Source: an uncultured Gemmatimonadales bacterium
Lineage (GTDB): Bacteria > Gemmatimonadota > Gemmatimonadetes > Longimicrobiales > RSA9
Direction of reading: 5' to 3'
Assembly (NCBI GenBank): GCA_963798845.1
Contig: CAWCUS010000006.1
Location: forward strand, 32,001-96,000
DNA: 64,000 nt
In this document: piece by piece, positions 1 to 9,990 of the stretch
Layout of the letters: each line of letters starts with the position of its first letter
How positions within the stretch are numbered: the first letter of the stretch is position 1
The notes under the pieces: model-generated
What the model was told of the DNA's origin: nothing
Database searches by the model: none
The model's input: the letters and a program-made list of their open reading frames with translations, nothing else
Made by a program: the position numbers and the translations under genes

Positions 1-582
1 CGTCCAGCGCTGCCATTCCACCAGCGTCTCCCCCAGCTGAGCCGAAGCCCGCTGGATCGCGGCGGCTGGGTTGTTCAGCTCGTGCGCCAGACCGGCCGCC
101 AGCGTCCCGAGCGACGCCAGCTTCTCCTGCTCCATGAGCGAGGCCTCGGTGGAGCGGAGCCGTCCCGCCATGGTGCGGAGAATGGAGGCGGCGGCGTCGG
201 GGCTGGCCGAGAGCAGCTCACGGAACGCCGCGGGCTCGATGATCAGGAGCTCGGTGGGCTCCACTGCGCGCACCGTGGCCGAGCGCGGCGCACGCTCGAC
301 CAGCGACATCTCGCCCAGGAACTCGCCGGCCTCGCGCACCGCCAGAACCACGTCCGCCCCGGCCTCCCGCTTCGTCACCTCCAGGCGACCCTCAACAATG
401 ATGTGCAGGCCGTCTCCCCGGGTGCCCTCCTCCATGACCATCTCCCCGGCCGCCACCTGGCGGCGGCGCGCCATCCGGCACAGCCGGCTCAGATCCTCCT
501 CCGGGAGCTCGGCGAACAGCGGGAGACGGCGCAGGAACTCCTTGTTCGTGCGCACCCGCCCCAGCGCGCCCGTGCCGCTCAT
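1..582 (-). CDS. cyclic nucleotide-binding sensor histidine kinase (5' part; runs off window)
   Basis: Not in the ORF track; translated by hand from ATG at 582: MSGTGALGRVRTNKEFLRRLPLFAELPEEDL...GEFLGEMSLVERAPRSATVRA (cNMP-binding motif GE...PRSATVRA), then EQEKLASLGTLAAGLAHELNNPAAA (HisKA H-box). ATGA overlap with the upstream gene stop. Confidence 0.9.
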   Translation of the reverse strand, partial: MSGTGALGRVRTNKEFLRRLPLFAELPEEDLSRLCRMARRRQVAAGEMVMEEGTRGDGLHIIVEGRLEVTKREAGADVVLAVREAGEFLGEMSLVERAPRSATVRAVEPTELLIIEPAAFRELLSASPDAAASILRTMAGRLRSTEASLMEQEKLASLGTLAAGLAHELNNPAAAIQRASAQLGETLVEWQRWT

Positions 583-2396
583 CCGACCGACGCCGCCGCG
601 GAGCGCGGCGCGAGCACCGGTCCGCTCAGGTGCTGGTGCACGAACTGCACGGCCATGGCGCCCTCTCCCACCGCCGACGCCACCCGCTTCACCGAGCGGT
701 GGCGGACGTCGCCGGCCACGAAGATCCCCGGCACGCTCGTCTCCAGCCAGAGCGGGTCCCTCGCCGCGCTCCACCCGGCCGGACGCTCGCTCCCCGCCAT
801 CACTTCCGGGCCCGACAGGATGAAGCCCCGCGCGTCCCTCCCCACCACGTCCCCCAGCCACTCGGTGCGCGGGACGGCGCCAATGAACACGAAGGCTGCG
901 TGCGCGGGGAGCGTCTCGCGCCCGGGCGGTTCGGCGCTCTCCACCACGATCCGCTCCAGCCGTGCCTCGCCTTCCATCTCAACGGCTTCCGCCCCGGTGC
1001 GGACTTCGATGTTCTCCGTCTCCTCGATCTGGGCGATGAGGTAGTGCGACATGGTGGTGGCGAGTGTCGGCCCGCGAACGAGGAGGGTCACCGAGCGGGC
1101 GAAGCGGGACAGGTACATGGCGCCCTGGCCGGCGCTGTTCCCCGCTCCGATCACGAATACATCCTCGCCCGTGGCCTCCATGGCTTCCGTGATCGCGGCA
1201 CCGTAGTAGACGCCGACTCCGGCCAGCCGATCCGCACCGGGCACCTTCAGCCGGCGGTACGACACCCCGGTCGCAACCAGCAGCGCCTGCCCCGTGATCT
1301 CCGCACCGTCGGCGAGAGAGACCACGGGGTAGCCGTCGTGCAGTCGCAGCCCGATCGCTTCCGCTGGCGTCAGGATCTCCGCCCCGAAGCGGCGAGCCTG
1401 GGCCACCGCCCGGCGCGCCAGGTCGCCGCCGCTCAGCCCCACCGGGAACCCGAGGTAGTTCTCGATCCGGGAGCTCTGGCCCGCCTGGCCGCCCGGCGCC
1501 TCGCGCTCGATGAGGAGCGTGCGCAGCCCTTCCGACGCGCCGTACACGCCCGCCGCCAGCCCCGCGGGCCCCGCCCCCACGATCACCAGGTCGTACGCAT
1601 CCGCCTGAGCCTGGAGGCGCAGCCCGATCCGCTCCGCGATGGCGGCGTTGTCGGGACGGCTCAAGTGGGACCCGTCCGGGAACACGACCAGGGGGAGGAC
1701 CGCGGCAGCGGCCGGAGAGGCGGCCTCGGCGATCCCGGCGGACTCGGCCGAGCCGGGCGAAGCGTCGCCGGCGGGGGAGGCGCCGTTCCCGCCCGCGCTG
1801 CGGGCGCTGGGCTCCGGGGCGTCGTCGCCCTGGGTCGCAAGTGCGAGCAGTCGCCGTGCGTCGTCACTCTCCTCCACGTCCAGCCACTGGTAGGGCGTCA
1901 GGTTGCGGGCAAGGAAGTCCTTGATGCGGTGGCCGTCGGCGGACCATTCGTGGCCCACCACGCGCACGCCTTCGAAAGGCGGCCGGAACCGGGCGCGCCA
2001 CGTGTCGAGCAGGTCCGTGAGGACTGGGTACAGGTGCTCCTCCGGCGGGTCCCACGGCTTCATCAGGTAGTGGTCGAGCCGGATCTCGTTGATGGCGCGG
2101 ATCGCCGCGTCGGTGTCCGCGTAGGCGGTCAGGAGCACCCGCTTCGCGTCGGGGAAGAGGAGCATGGCCTCCCGCAGCATTTCGACGCCGGTCATGCCCG
2201 GCATCCGCTGGTCAGCCAGGAAGAGCGCCACGGGCTCCTCCTTCAGCTTCAGCTCGCGGGCGGCTTCCAGCGCCTCCACCCCGGAGGTGGCGCGCAGGAT
2301 CCTGTAGCTGGAGCCGTACTCCCGGCGCAGGTCGCGAGCGATGGCGCTCAGCACCGCAGGCTCGTCGTCCACGGTAAAGATGATGGGCTTGGTCAT
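579..2396 (-). CDS. response-regulator receiver fused to glutaredoxin-like and thioredoxin-reductase-like FAD/NAD(P)H oxidoreductase
   Basis: REC motifs (VDDE, ADQRMPGMTG, MKPW); FAD motif IVGAGPAGLAA; SSRIENYLGFP; NAD(P) motif IGAGNSAG; ETSVPGIFVAGDV. Confidence 0.92.
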   Translation of the reverse strand: MTKPIIFTVDDEPAVLSAIARDLRREYGSSYRILRATSGVEALEAARELKLKEEPVALFLADQRMPGMTGVEMLREAMLLFPDAKRVLLTAYADTDAAIRAINEIRLDHYLMKPWDPPEEHLYPVLTDLLDTWRARFRPPFEGVRVVGHEWSADGHRIKDFLARNLTPYQWLDVEESDDARRLLALATQGDDAPEPSARSAGGNGASPAGDASPGSAESAGIAEAASPAAAAVLPLVVFPDGSHLSRPDNAAIAERIGLRLQAQADAYDLVIVGAGPAGLAAGVYGASEGLRTLLIEREAPGGQAGQSSRIENYLGFPVGLSGGDLARRAVAQARRFGAEILTPAEAIGLRLHDGYPVVSLADGAEITGQALLVATGVSYRRLKVPGADRLAGVGVYYGAAITEAMEATGEDVFVIGAGNSAGQGAMYLSRFARSVTLLVRGPTLATTMSHYLIAQIEETENIEVRTGAEAVEMEGEARLERIVVESAEPPGRETLPAHAAFVFIGAVPRTEWLGDVVGRDARGFILSGPEVMAGSERPAGWSAARDPLWLETSVPGIFVAGDVRHRSVKRVASAVGEGAMAVQFVHQHLSGPVLAPRSAAASVG

Positions 2397-2429
2397 TGAG
2401 AGTCGGGGTGCGGTTGTCGCGTCGGCGGC

Positions 2430-5400
2430 CTAGCCGGACGCTGCCGGCGCGAGGTTCAGGCGTGCACGGATCTCGGTCGCGCGCTGGCGCGCGCGCTCGG
2501 CGTCCGCAGCGCGGCCGGCCTTCTCGTGGATGCGGGCTTCCAGCTCCAGCGCCCTCGCCTCGTAGGGCGAGGTCCGGGACGCCCGGTAGTACTGCATGGC
2601 GGTGGTGAGGCTCTGCAGAGCCTCGTCCAGACGACCGGCGCGGTAGTGAGCCCGCGCCAGCCGCTCCGACGCCGTGGCGGCCGAGTACTCGTCGTGGTCC
2701 GAGATGGCGTCGGCGATCGCCTTCTCCAGCTCCGCGATCGCTTCAGCCGATCCCCTCTCCACGCCCACAGAGGCCGTCCCCACGTTGATCCGGCTGGCGT
2801 ACCCGCTCCACCCGGCCCAGTGGGCGGCGTCGAAGAAGGTGCGGGCCCGGTCGAAGCTCCCCAGCGCCTGATCCAGCTCCTTCTTCTCCAGCTCGCCCAT
2901 CCCCACCACGTAGAACCCGGCGCAGGCGCACTCGATGGCGTGCTTCGAGCTGGCCAGCTCGGCGCCGAGCCGGGCGTGCTCCAGTCCTTGCTCGATCTCC
3001 CCCAGCTCGTAAAAGGCGCTCCCCACGATCAGGTGCACGTCCGCCTCCTTCACGGGGTGCCCTCCGCTCGGCGCGGCCGCCAGCGCTTCCGCGATCCGCT
3101 CCCTCGCCTTCTCGAACTCGCCCACCCGGGCGTAGGCGACGGCGCTCGAGGCCAGCGCGTGCCCCTCGATCTCCGGCATGTCGAATTCGCGCGCCATCGT
3201 GATCACGTCCTCGAACTGCTTCACCGCCTTGCCGGGATCCCGATCCGCCAGCGTCTCGGTGGCGAAGAAGAACGGCAGGAGGAGCAGCTGCTCGAGCCCC
3301 AGCTCCGCCGCCAGCGACGCGCTCTCCTGGATGTAGGGCGCGGCCTGGGAGGGGACGCCCATGACCATGTAGATGAGCGAGATCCACGACAGGATCCGGG
3401 CGAGCCGCACTTTGTCGCCGATCTCGCGCGCCCGCTTCTCCGCTTGCAGGAGGCGGTCCACCACGCCGTCGTACCGGGCCAGCTTGTAGCGCACCACGGC
3501 CCACCCGACGATGGCATCCAGGAGATCCTCGGGCGGCGCGTCCGGGAGCCGCGCCATCGCTTCGAACGCCCGCTCGAAGTGCGTGCTCGCTTCGGAGAGC
3601 GCATAGAGTGAGACGGCGCTCCTGGCGGCCTGTGCGGCGTAGCTGGCCGTGCGTTCGGGGTCGTCGCCCTGCCAGAAGTGATACGCGAGCACCGGCGCCA
3701 CCTCCTCGAGCCGATCCGCGTACAGCTCCTCCAGCGCCAGCCCCGCCCTCGCGTGCAGCTCCCGCCGCCGCTGCTTGAGCAGCAGTCCGTACGCCGCCTC
3801 CTGCGTCAGGGCGTGCTTGAAAGTGTATTCCCGCTCCGGCTCCCTCGACCGCTCCCGCACCAGCTCCTCGTACGTCAGCGTGCCCAGGTGCGGGTCCACG
3901 TTCTCGATCCGCTCCGGCGGCGGCGCGGACCGGCAAACGGACGTCAGCGCGCGGTAGTAGAACGTGCGCCCCAGGACCGCCGCCGTCTGCGCCACCCGCT
4001 TCGTCGCCTCGGGAAGCCGGTCGATGCGCGCGCTGAGGACGCCCGCGAGCGTCTCCGGGATCGAGACCTCTGCGATCTCACGGGTCGCCCGCCAGTGGCC
4101 GTCGTCCCGGACCACGTGGCCGGAGTCGATGAGCGCCCGCAGCACTTCCTCGAGGAAGAACGGGTTGCCTTCCGAGCGCTTGAGGATCAGCGTCCGGACG
4201 CTCGCGGGAAGATCCTCGATGTGAAGCAGGTTCGACAGCAGCTCGCTCGCCCCCTGCCCGTCCAGCGGCTCGAGGTCCAGCCGCATGAACGACGACCCCA
4301 TGGTTCCCGCCAGCCGGTCCAGCAGAGCCCAGCTCGGCGCGGCACGGTCCGGGCGCAGAACGCAGAGCAGGAGGAGTGGCTCGGAGAACGCCATGGTCGC
4401 GACCTGCGCGATCAGCTCCAGCGATGCCGCGTCCGCCCAGTGCAGGTCGTCGAACACCAGCACGTGCGGGCGCACGGCATCCGCCGCCGCGCCGGGCTCG
4501 CCCGCCGGCCCACCCTCCCCCGCCCGCGCGTGCATCGCCGCGCGAAGCGCTCCGGTCACCGCCTCCGAGATCCGCTGGACCCGCGTCTCACCCTCCACCT
4601 CCCCCACCATCCGGCGGCTTTCGGCCGTCTCCACGGACAGCATCGTCTCGAAGACCGGCACGACCGCCGGGTCGAGTGAGAAGCGGTCCACGAACGACGC
4701 GATCTGTTCCCGGACCGCGGCCGGGCCGTCCGGCTCCCTGGCCCCGATCATCTCGCGCCCCAGCTGCCGCCACGGCTGGTACGCAAGCGAATCTCCGTAC
4801 GAGACCGCCCGCCCCTCGTACCACGAGACGCCCACGTCCAGCGCCTTCGCCCGCAGCTCCGCCACAAGGCGCGATTTCCCGATCCCCGCCTCTCCCACCA
4901 CCGCCACGACGCGGCCCTCTCCCGCACGCAATGCCGAAAGCGCTTCCTCGAGCCGCGTCACCTCCGCCTGCCGTCCGACCAGCGGCGACGCCAGTCCCTC
5001 CGTTTCCAGCCCGCGCGTCTTCCCCGGGGTCGCCTTCACGCCCACGACCGTGAACGTCTCGACCGCTTCCTGTTTCCCCTTCAGCGCCACTTCCCCGCGT
5101 GGCTCCAGCTCGAACAGCCCCCGCACCAGCCGGCGCGTGTCCCCGCTGATCAGAAGCGTTCCCGGCAACGCCAGCGACTGTAGCCGGGCGGCCACGTTCG
5201 CCGTGTCGCCCATCGCCGTGTACTCGGCCTTCACCTCGTCTCCCATGTACGCCAGCACCGAGGTCCCGGAGTTGATCCCCACCCGCACCTGGAACTCCAC
5301 GCCGTAGCGGCGCCCGACCGTCGCTCCGTACTCCGATGCCGACGCCAGCAGCGCCAGACCCGCGCGCACGGCACGCTCCGCGTCGTCCTCGTGAGCCAAC

Positions 5401-5690
5401 GGCGCCCCGAACAGCGCCAGCACGGCATCCCCCATCAGCCGCGCCACGGTCCCCCCGAAGCGCGTCACGGCAGCGTTCATGAACGCGAAGCCGCCGTTCA
5501 TGATCGCCGCCCAGTCCTCCGGGTCCAGCTGCTCCGCCAGGGCGGTCGAGCGGACCACGTCCGCGAACAGCACCGTGGTCAGCTTGCGCTCGCCCTCCAC
5601 CGGGCGCGGGGCGCCCAGGCTGGCGCCGCACGTATTGCAGAATCGGGAACCGTCGGGATTCTCGGACGAGCAGCTGGGACAGACAGGCAT
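2430..5690 (-). CDS. class III adenylate/guanylate cyclase with N-terminal double zinc ribbon, STAND AAA ATPase and TPR-like repeats
   Basis: Start re-assigned to MPVCPSCSSENPDGSRFCNTCG (ATG 5690). Cyclase motifs VLFADV, MGDAVLALFG, YTAMGDTANVAARLQ; Walker A GEAGIGKS; Walker B LVFDDLHWAD; GNPFF; helical C-terminus. Confidence 0.92.
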   Translation of the reverse strand: MPVCPSCSSENPDGSRFCNTCGASLGAPRPVEGERKLTTVLFADVVRSTALAEQLDPEDWAAIMNGGFAFMNAAVTRFGGTVARLMGDAVLALFGAPLAHEDDAERAVRAGLALLASASEYGATVGRRYGVEFQVRVGINSGTSVLAYMGDEVKAEYTAMGDTANVAARLQSLALPGTLLISGDTRRLVRGLFELEPRGEVALKGKQEAVETFTVVGVKATPGKTRGLETEGLASPLVGRQAEVTRLEEALSALRAGEGRVVAVVGEAGIGKSRLVAELRAKALDVGVSWYEGRAVSYGDSLAYQPWRQLGREMIGAREPDGPAAVREQIASFVDRFSLDPAVVPVFETMLSVETAESRRMVGEVEGETRVQRISEAVTGALRAAMHARAGEGGPAGEPGAAADAVRPHVLVFDDLHWADAASLELIAQVATMAFSEPLLLLCVLRPDRAAPSWALLDRLAGTMGSSFMRLDLEPLDGQGASELLSNLLHIEDLPASVRTLILKRSEGNPFFLEEVLRALIDSGHVVRDDGHWRATREIAEVSIPETLAGVLSARIDRLPEATKRVAQTAAVLGRTFYYRALTSVCRSAPPPERIENVDPHLGTLTYEELVRERSREPEREYTFKHALTQEAAYGLLLKQRRRELHARAGLALEELYADRLEEVAPVLAYHFWQGDDPERTASYAAQAARSAVSLYALSEASTHFERAFEAMARLPDAPPEDLLDAIVGWAVVRYKLARYDGVVDRLLQAEKRAREIGDKVRLARILSWISLIYMVMGVPSQAAPYIQESASLAAELGLEQLLLLPFFFATETLADRDPGKAVKQFEDVITMAREFDMPEIEGHALASSAVAYARVGEFEKARERIAEALAAAPSGGHPVKEADVHLIVGSAFYELGEIEQGLEHARLGAELASSKHAIECACAGFYVVGMGELEKKELDQALGSFDRARTFFDAAHWAGWSGYASRINVGTASVGVERGSAEAIAELEKAIADAISDHDEYSAATASERLARAHYRAGRLDEALQSLTTAMQYYRASRTSPYEARALELEARIHEKAGRAADAERARQRATEIRARLNLAPAASG

Positions 5691-6126
5691 GGCCAGGCCC
5701 GGGGATCCAGGGGGCAAGGGCGTCAATGTGAGTATGGCAATATTGCGGCTCCGAGCATGGCCGTACAAGGCCCGTCGGTGCACCGTGTCAGGGATGTCCC
5801 TACGTAACCTCGTCCCGGCCTGCCTCCTCGAAGTGGGGCTATCCCCTACCAAACGCCGCCGCCAGCGCTGCTGGCGCTCGACGGGACAGCTCTGCTTCCG
5901 GACACGTCCTGGCCCGCCCTCCGTCACGACCGAGCGGACGCGGGCGTCTTCATCCTGCGCCAGCCGCTGTGCGGCCAGCCAGCCGCGACTCGTGAACGTA
6001 TCCACGGCCCGGTGTCGCGCCCGGGCTCGGGCGGCATTGGGGCCGCGGGCCCGCGTGCGGCCTGGAAGCGAGCAGGGTCTCCGTCTACATTGGGCGTCCA
6101 CTCCACTCTCCGAGGAGACGAACATC

Positions 6127-6828
6127 ATGAGCCCCATCCGCATCACCACGGCCGCGGCGGTCGTGCTCACGCTGGCTGCGTCCAGCACCCCCGTGACCGG
6201 ACAGGAAGTCGACCGTTCGGTCGAGAATGGCGGCATCACGGTTCCGGGCTGGGAAGGAAAGGTGGATGACCGGGCGGCCGCGGCGGGCCAGACCGTGGAG
6301 GACTCCCGCCTGGCGAAGGAAGGAGAGGCGCTCCACATCACCACGGGGCCGGCCACGACGTACTGGAATCCGGCCAACACGGCTTCGGGCGACTACACGG
6401 TCACGGCCACGTTCTCCGAGCCGCGCTACATGAACCGGAACGACCATCCGCACCCGTACGGGCTCTTCATCGGCGGCCAGGACCTGGGCACGGACCAGGA
6501 GAAGCTCCTGTACTGCGAGGCGTACGGGAACGGGACGTACATCGTGCGAGGGTTCGGACCGAAGCCGTTCCAGATGAACGGCCGGGGCGAGAAGAGCGAG
6601 GCGGTGCACCAGGCGGGCGCGGCAGGCGAGCCGGTGACGCAGCAGATCTCCATGTCGGTGAAGGGGGACCAGGTCCAGTGTGCCATCAACGGGACGGTGG
6701 TGGCCACATACCCCAGGTCCGAGGTCGTCGGGGAAGGCAAGCTGTCGACCACCGATGGCGTGTACGGGATCCGCTTCGCCCACAACACCGAAGGGATGGT
6801 GACCGGGCTGAAGGTGACGAAGCCGTAG
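6127..6828 (+). CDS. secreted hypothetical protein, beta-rich (possibly lectin/concanavalin-like fold)
   Basis: ATG 6127 preceded by GAGGAGA; signal peptide MSPIRITTAAAVVLTLAASSTPVTG; strong GC3 codon bias; the fold is inferred only. Confidence 0.7.
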   Translation: MSPIRITTAAAVVLTLAASSTPVTGQEVDRSVENGGITVPGWEGKVDDRAAAAGQTVEDSRLAKEGEALHITTGPATTYWNPANTASGDYTVTATFSEPRYMNRNDHPHPYGLFIGGQDLGTDQEKLLYCEAYGNGTYIVRGFGPKPFQMNGRGEKSEAVHQAGAAGEPVTQQISMSVKGDQVQCAINGTVVATYPRSEVVGEGKLSTTDGVYGIRFAHNTEGMVTGLKVTKP

Positions 6829-6873
6829 TTCCGCCGTTTTCACGGGCGAAAAGCCGGGCGCCGGCCGCGCATC

Positions 6874-6922
6874 CGACCGGCCGCCCGGACCTGCCTCGAA
6901 GGGGCGGTCCGGGCGCCGGTCG
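6874..6922. terminator. long GC hairpin between convergent genes
   Basis: CGACCGG..GCCCGGACC..GCCTC-GAA-GGGGC..GGTCCGGGC..CCGGTCG; no U-tail. Confidence 0.5.
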
Positions 6923-6975
6923 CTTACCGGTCCGGCGCCCGCCTCCGATTGAGCGACGGGGCTGCAGCGACGGCC

Positions 6976-9900
6976 TCAGCCGCCGCCGGCCGCCGGGGCG
7001 GGATCGGCGTGGGAGCCGCCCTCCGGCGGGGCACTCGCCACGGCCGCCGTCGTCTCGAGCCCGAGGGTGCGCCCTTTCGTCGTGGCCGGGATCCCTTCCG
7101 TCATCCACACCGGCGCCGGCGCGCCCTTGAGGTAATGGTCGAAGAACTGCTGCATGCGGATGTTCCAGTCGCGGATGTCCGCCGCGGTCGTGGGCCAGTG
7201 CGGTGCGTCGTTGTAGACGATCATCCACGCCGGCTTCTCCAGGCGGCGCAGCCCGAGGAACAACTCGATCCCCTGTTCCCACGGCACCGCGCTGTCGTGG
7301 TCGTTGTGCATGATGAGGAGCGGTGTCTTCACCTTGTCCAGGTGGAAGAGCGGGCTGTTCTCGATGTAGCGCGGAGTGTCGTTCCACAGTGAGCCGCCGA
7401 TCCGGCTCTGCGTCCGCTCGTACTGGAACATCCGGCTCATCCCGGTGCCCCAGCGGATGCCCCCGTACGCGCTCGTCATGTTGGAAACGGGAGCGCCCGC
7501 CTCGGCGGCGGCGAAGAGGTCCGTCTTCGTCACCATGTACGCGATCTGGTATCCGCCCCACGAATGCCCCTGGACGCCCACGTGCCTGGCGTCCACCCAC
7601 GGCTCTGCGGCGAGCTTCAGCACGCCCGGCATGACCGCGTCCATGGCGCTTTCGCCAGGATAGCCGTCCTCGTAGACCACATCGGGCTCGAAGACGATGT
7701 AGCCGCGGCTGGCGTAGAAGGTGGGTCGGATCACCGACCGGTGCGGGAGCGGCGGCGCGTGCGCGTGCAGCTCGTCGCTGCTCCGCTCGTAAAACGTCAC
7801 CATCATCGGGTACTGCTTCGTCGGGTCGAAGTCCTCCGGCTTGTACAGCAGCCCGTCGAGCGGAATGCCATCGGTCGACAGCCAGTGCACGAGCTCCACC
7901 GTCGACCAGTTGTACTCCGCCTGCTGGGGGTTGGCGTCGCTGACGCGATGCGCTCCGCCGAACGACGCGTCCGCGACCCAGAGGTCGGGGAACTCGGACA
8001 CGTCCTCGCGCGTGTACAGCAGCACGTCGGCATCGCGCGCCCGGTCGACACGGCGGTACAGCTTCGGCTCGTACACCAGGGGCTCGGGCGTGGCGCTCCC
8101 CGAGACGCGGTCGCGGAAGAAGCCGGCGTCCCTGGTCTCCAGCTGGAACGCCGACAGCAGCAGCGGCGCGTCGGCAGGGACTGCGTCCCCGTCCGGATCC
8201 AGGTCCAGGTAGCGCAGGCGCAGCTCGTTCTCCCGACCGTACTGCTCGGTGATGGCCCGGGGCGAGCCCCGCCCGTCGGGTGAAACTGCCCAGATGTCGT
8301 AGCGGTCGTAGATCAGCACCGCCCGGTCGCCCTCGGTCCACCCTGCCATCCCGTACGGGGAGGGCATCATGGGATGGTCGTCGTCCTCGTCCCAGAGCGG
8401 GTACGGGATCTTCGACGTGACCGCCGCCGGCGCGTCCCCGTCCACCGGCATCGCCATCCACTGCCGCGCGCGGTAGTCGTACCAGGCGACGTGCTTCGCC
8501 TCCGGCGACAGCGCCATTCGCGACACCTGCCCGTCCTCCAGCACCCGCCGCCGCTCACCCGAGCGCACGTCGATGATCCAGATGTCCGCGTGCTCCGGCG
8601 CGTCGATGCCCACGAGGTGGCGGTACGGCACCCCCGTCTCCGCCACTGCAACGTCGGCGTCGCCCTTCCCGCCCACTTCCACTTCGGGCATGGCTTCCGT
8701 GGCCAGCTGGACGATGGCGCCGCCGCGGTCCAGGAGCGCCACGGCCCGGTACGTCCGCTTCCGTTCGCGGTCCGCCTCGAGCTTCTGCATCGGCTGGATC
8801 AGCGGGTCCTGCCAGTTCCACACGTCCAGCTCCACCTTCTCGTCGTCCAGAAGCGTGTCCTCCGGCTCGGGCGCGGGCCGGGGCGCGGTCCCGAAGAAGA
8901 GCCGGCGGCCGTTCTCGGAGAACGTCACCTCTCCGTTCCGGCTCACCCACCATCCCGGTGGGATCCCGTCCGCCCCCTCGGCGACCAGCCGCCTGGCCGC
9001 CTCCTCGCCCTCCTTCCAGTGGTACAGCGCGAACGAGGGCTGGTCGGCCTCGACGTCGTCCCGGTCCGTCACGAACGCCAGCTGGCGCCCGTCCCCGCTG
9101 AGCGCCATCCGCTCGTAGGCGCCCTCACCCGCGAGCACCATCCGGCTCTCCCCCGTCGCCGTTTCGACGACGTACACCCCGTCCCCGCTCCCATCATCGC
9201 TCGACGCCGCGTACGCAGCGCGCCGGCCATCGTCTGCCAGCGCGTACGACGTGACTCGCTCGAACCGGCGCTCCGCCCCGGTGGCAAGGTCCCGCAGCAC
9301 GAGCGTGAAAGTGTCCGGCTTCTTCCGCTCCTTCCCGGATTCCGCCTTCTCCTCCGGGGCCGCGGGCGCGGCCTCCGGCTGGACCGGCTCCGGTGCCGCC
9401 TGCCCCGGCTCCGCGTCGTCCGCCTCCTTCCGCGCCGGCTTCTCCGGCTCCTGGAGGTACGCGACCATGAAACCGCCCTCCTCCGGCAGCGTCCAGGATT
9501 CGAGCCCCGCCACGCGCGTGACCTCACCCGTCGCCAGGTCGAGGATCCCCAGCGTATCGGGGGGCATGGCGTCCTTCTTCGTCTTGGCCAGCTTCAGCAC
9601 CCGCACGGAGTCGTGGGCAGGGACGATCGTGAAGACCACCGTGCGGGAGTCGGGCGCGAAAGCGGCGTCCCCGACCCGCTCGACCCGGACCCGGGCCGCC
9701 GATGCGGTCCCCGCCGGCGCCACCACCAGCGCCGCATTCCCCACGCGCGGCTCCAGGCGGTAGAGCACCCACGCGCCATCGGGCGAGATCCGCTCTCCGC
9801 GGATAGTCTTCCAGATGTCGTAGGCCCCGTGGTCCAGCACTTTCTTCTGGGCCGAGGCGCCGCCCGCGAGCGTCAGCGTCGCAAGCAGTGAAATGGCGGC

Positions 9901-9990
9901 CGTCGCGGCCGCGGAGCGGAGCGCGGTGAACGCGGCGGGTGCCCCGCGGCGTCCCGCGGCTGGTGTCGCAGCGGAAATGGAAGCCTTCAT
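6976..9990 (-). CDS. S9 family (prolyl oligopeptidase/acylaminoacyl) peptidase, secreted
   Basis: Signal peptide (…AGGASA-Q); beta-propeller repeats; GHSWGGY nucleophile; HNDHDSAV Asp; APHW His. Confidence 0.92.
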   Translation of the reverse strand: MKASISAATPAAGRRGAPAAFTALRSAAATAAISLLATLTLAGGASAQKKVLDHGAYDIWKTIRGERISPDGAWVLYRLEPRVGNAALVVAPAGTASAARVRVERVGDAAFAPDSRTVVFTIVPAHDSVRVLKLAKTKKDAMPPDTLGILDLATGEVTRVAGLESWTLPEEGGFMVAYLQEPEKPARKEADDAEPGQAAPEPVQPEAAPAAPEEKAESGKERKKPDTFTLVLRDLATGAERRFERVTSYALADDGRRAAYAASSDDGSGDGVYVVETATGESRMVLAGEGAYERMALSGDGRQLAFVTDRDDVEADQPSFALYHWKEGEEAARRLVAEGADGIPPGWWVSRNGEVTFSENGRRLFFGTAPRPAPEPEDTLLDDEKVELDVWNWQDPLIQPMQKLEADRERKRTYRAVALLDRGGAIVQLATEAMPEVEVGGKGDADVAVAETGVPYRHLVGIDAPEHADIWIIDVRSGERRRVLEDGQVSRMALSPEAKHVAWYDYRARQWMAMPVDGDAPAAVTSKIPYPLWDEDDDHPMMPSPYGMAGWTEGDRAVLIYDRYDIWAVSPDGRGSPRAITEQYGRENELRLRYLDLDPDGDAVPADAPLLLSAFQLETRDAGFFRDRVSGSATPEPLVYEPKLYRRVDRARDADVLLYTREDVSEFPDLWVADASFGGAHRVSDANPQQAEYNWSTVELVHWLSTDGIPLDGLLYKPEDFDPTKQYPMMVTFYERSSDELHAHAPPLPHRSVIRPTFYASRGYIVFEPDVVYEDGYPGESAMDAVMPGVLKLAAEPWVDARHVGVQGHSWGGYQIAYMVTKTDLFAAAEAGAPVSNMTSAYGGIRWGTGMSRMFQYERTQSRIGGSLWNDTPRYIENSPLFHLDKVKTPLLIMHNDHDSAVPWEQGIELFLGLRRLEKPAWMIVYNDAPHWPTTAADIRDWNIRMQQFFDHYLKGAPAPVWMTEGIPATTKGRTLGLETTAAVASAPPEGGSHADPAPAAGGG

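Noticed and set aside
5691..6380. 230-aa N-terminal extension of the cyclase ORF (track start 6380)
   Set aside because: It overlaps the real plus-strand gene at 6127 and has no domain signal; the Zn-ribbon Met at 5690 is the natural start.
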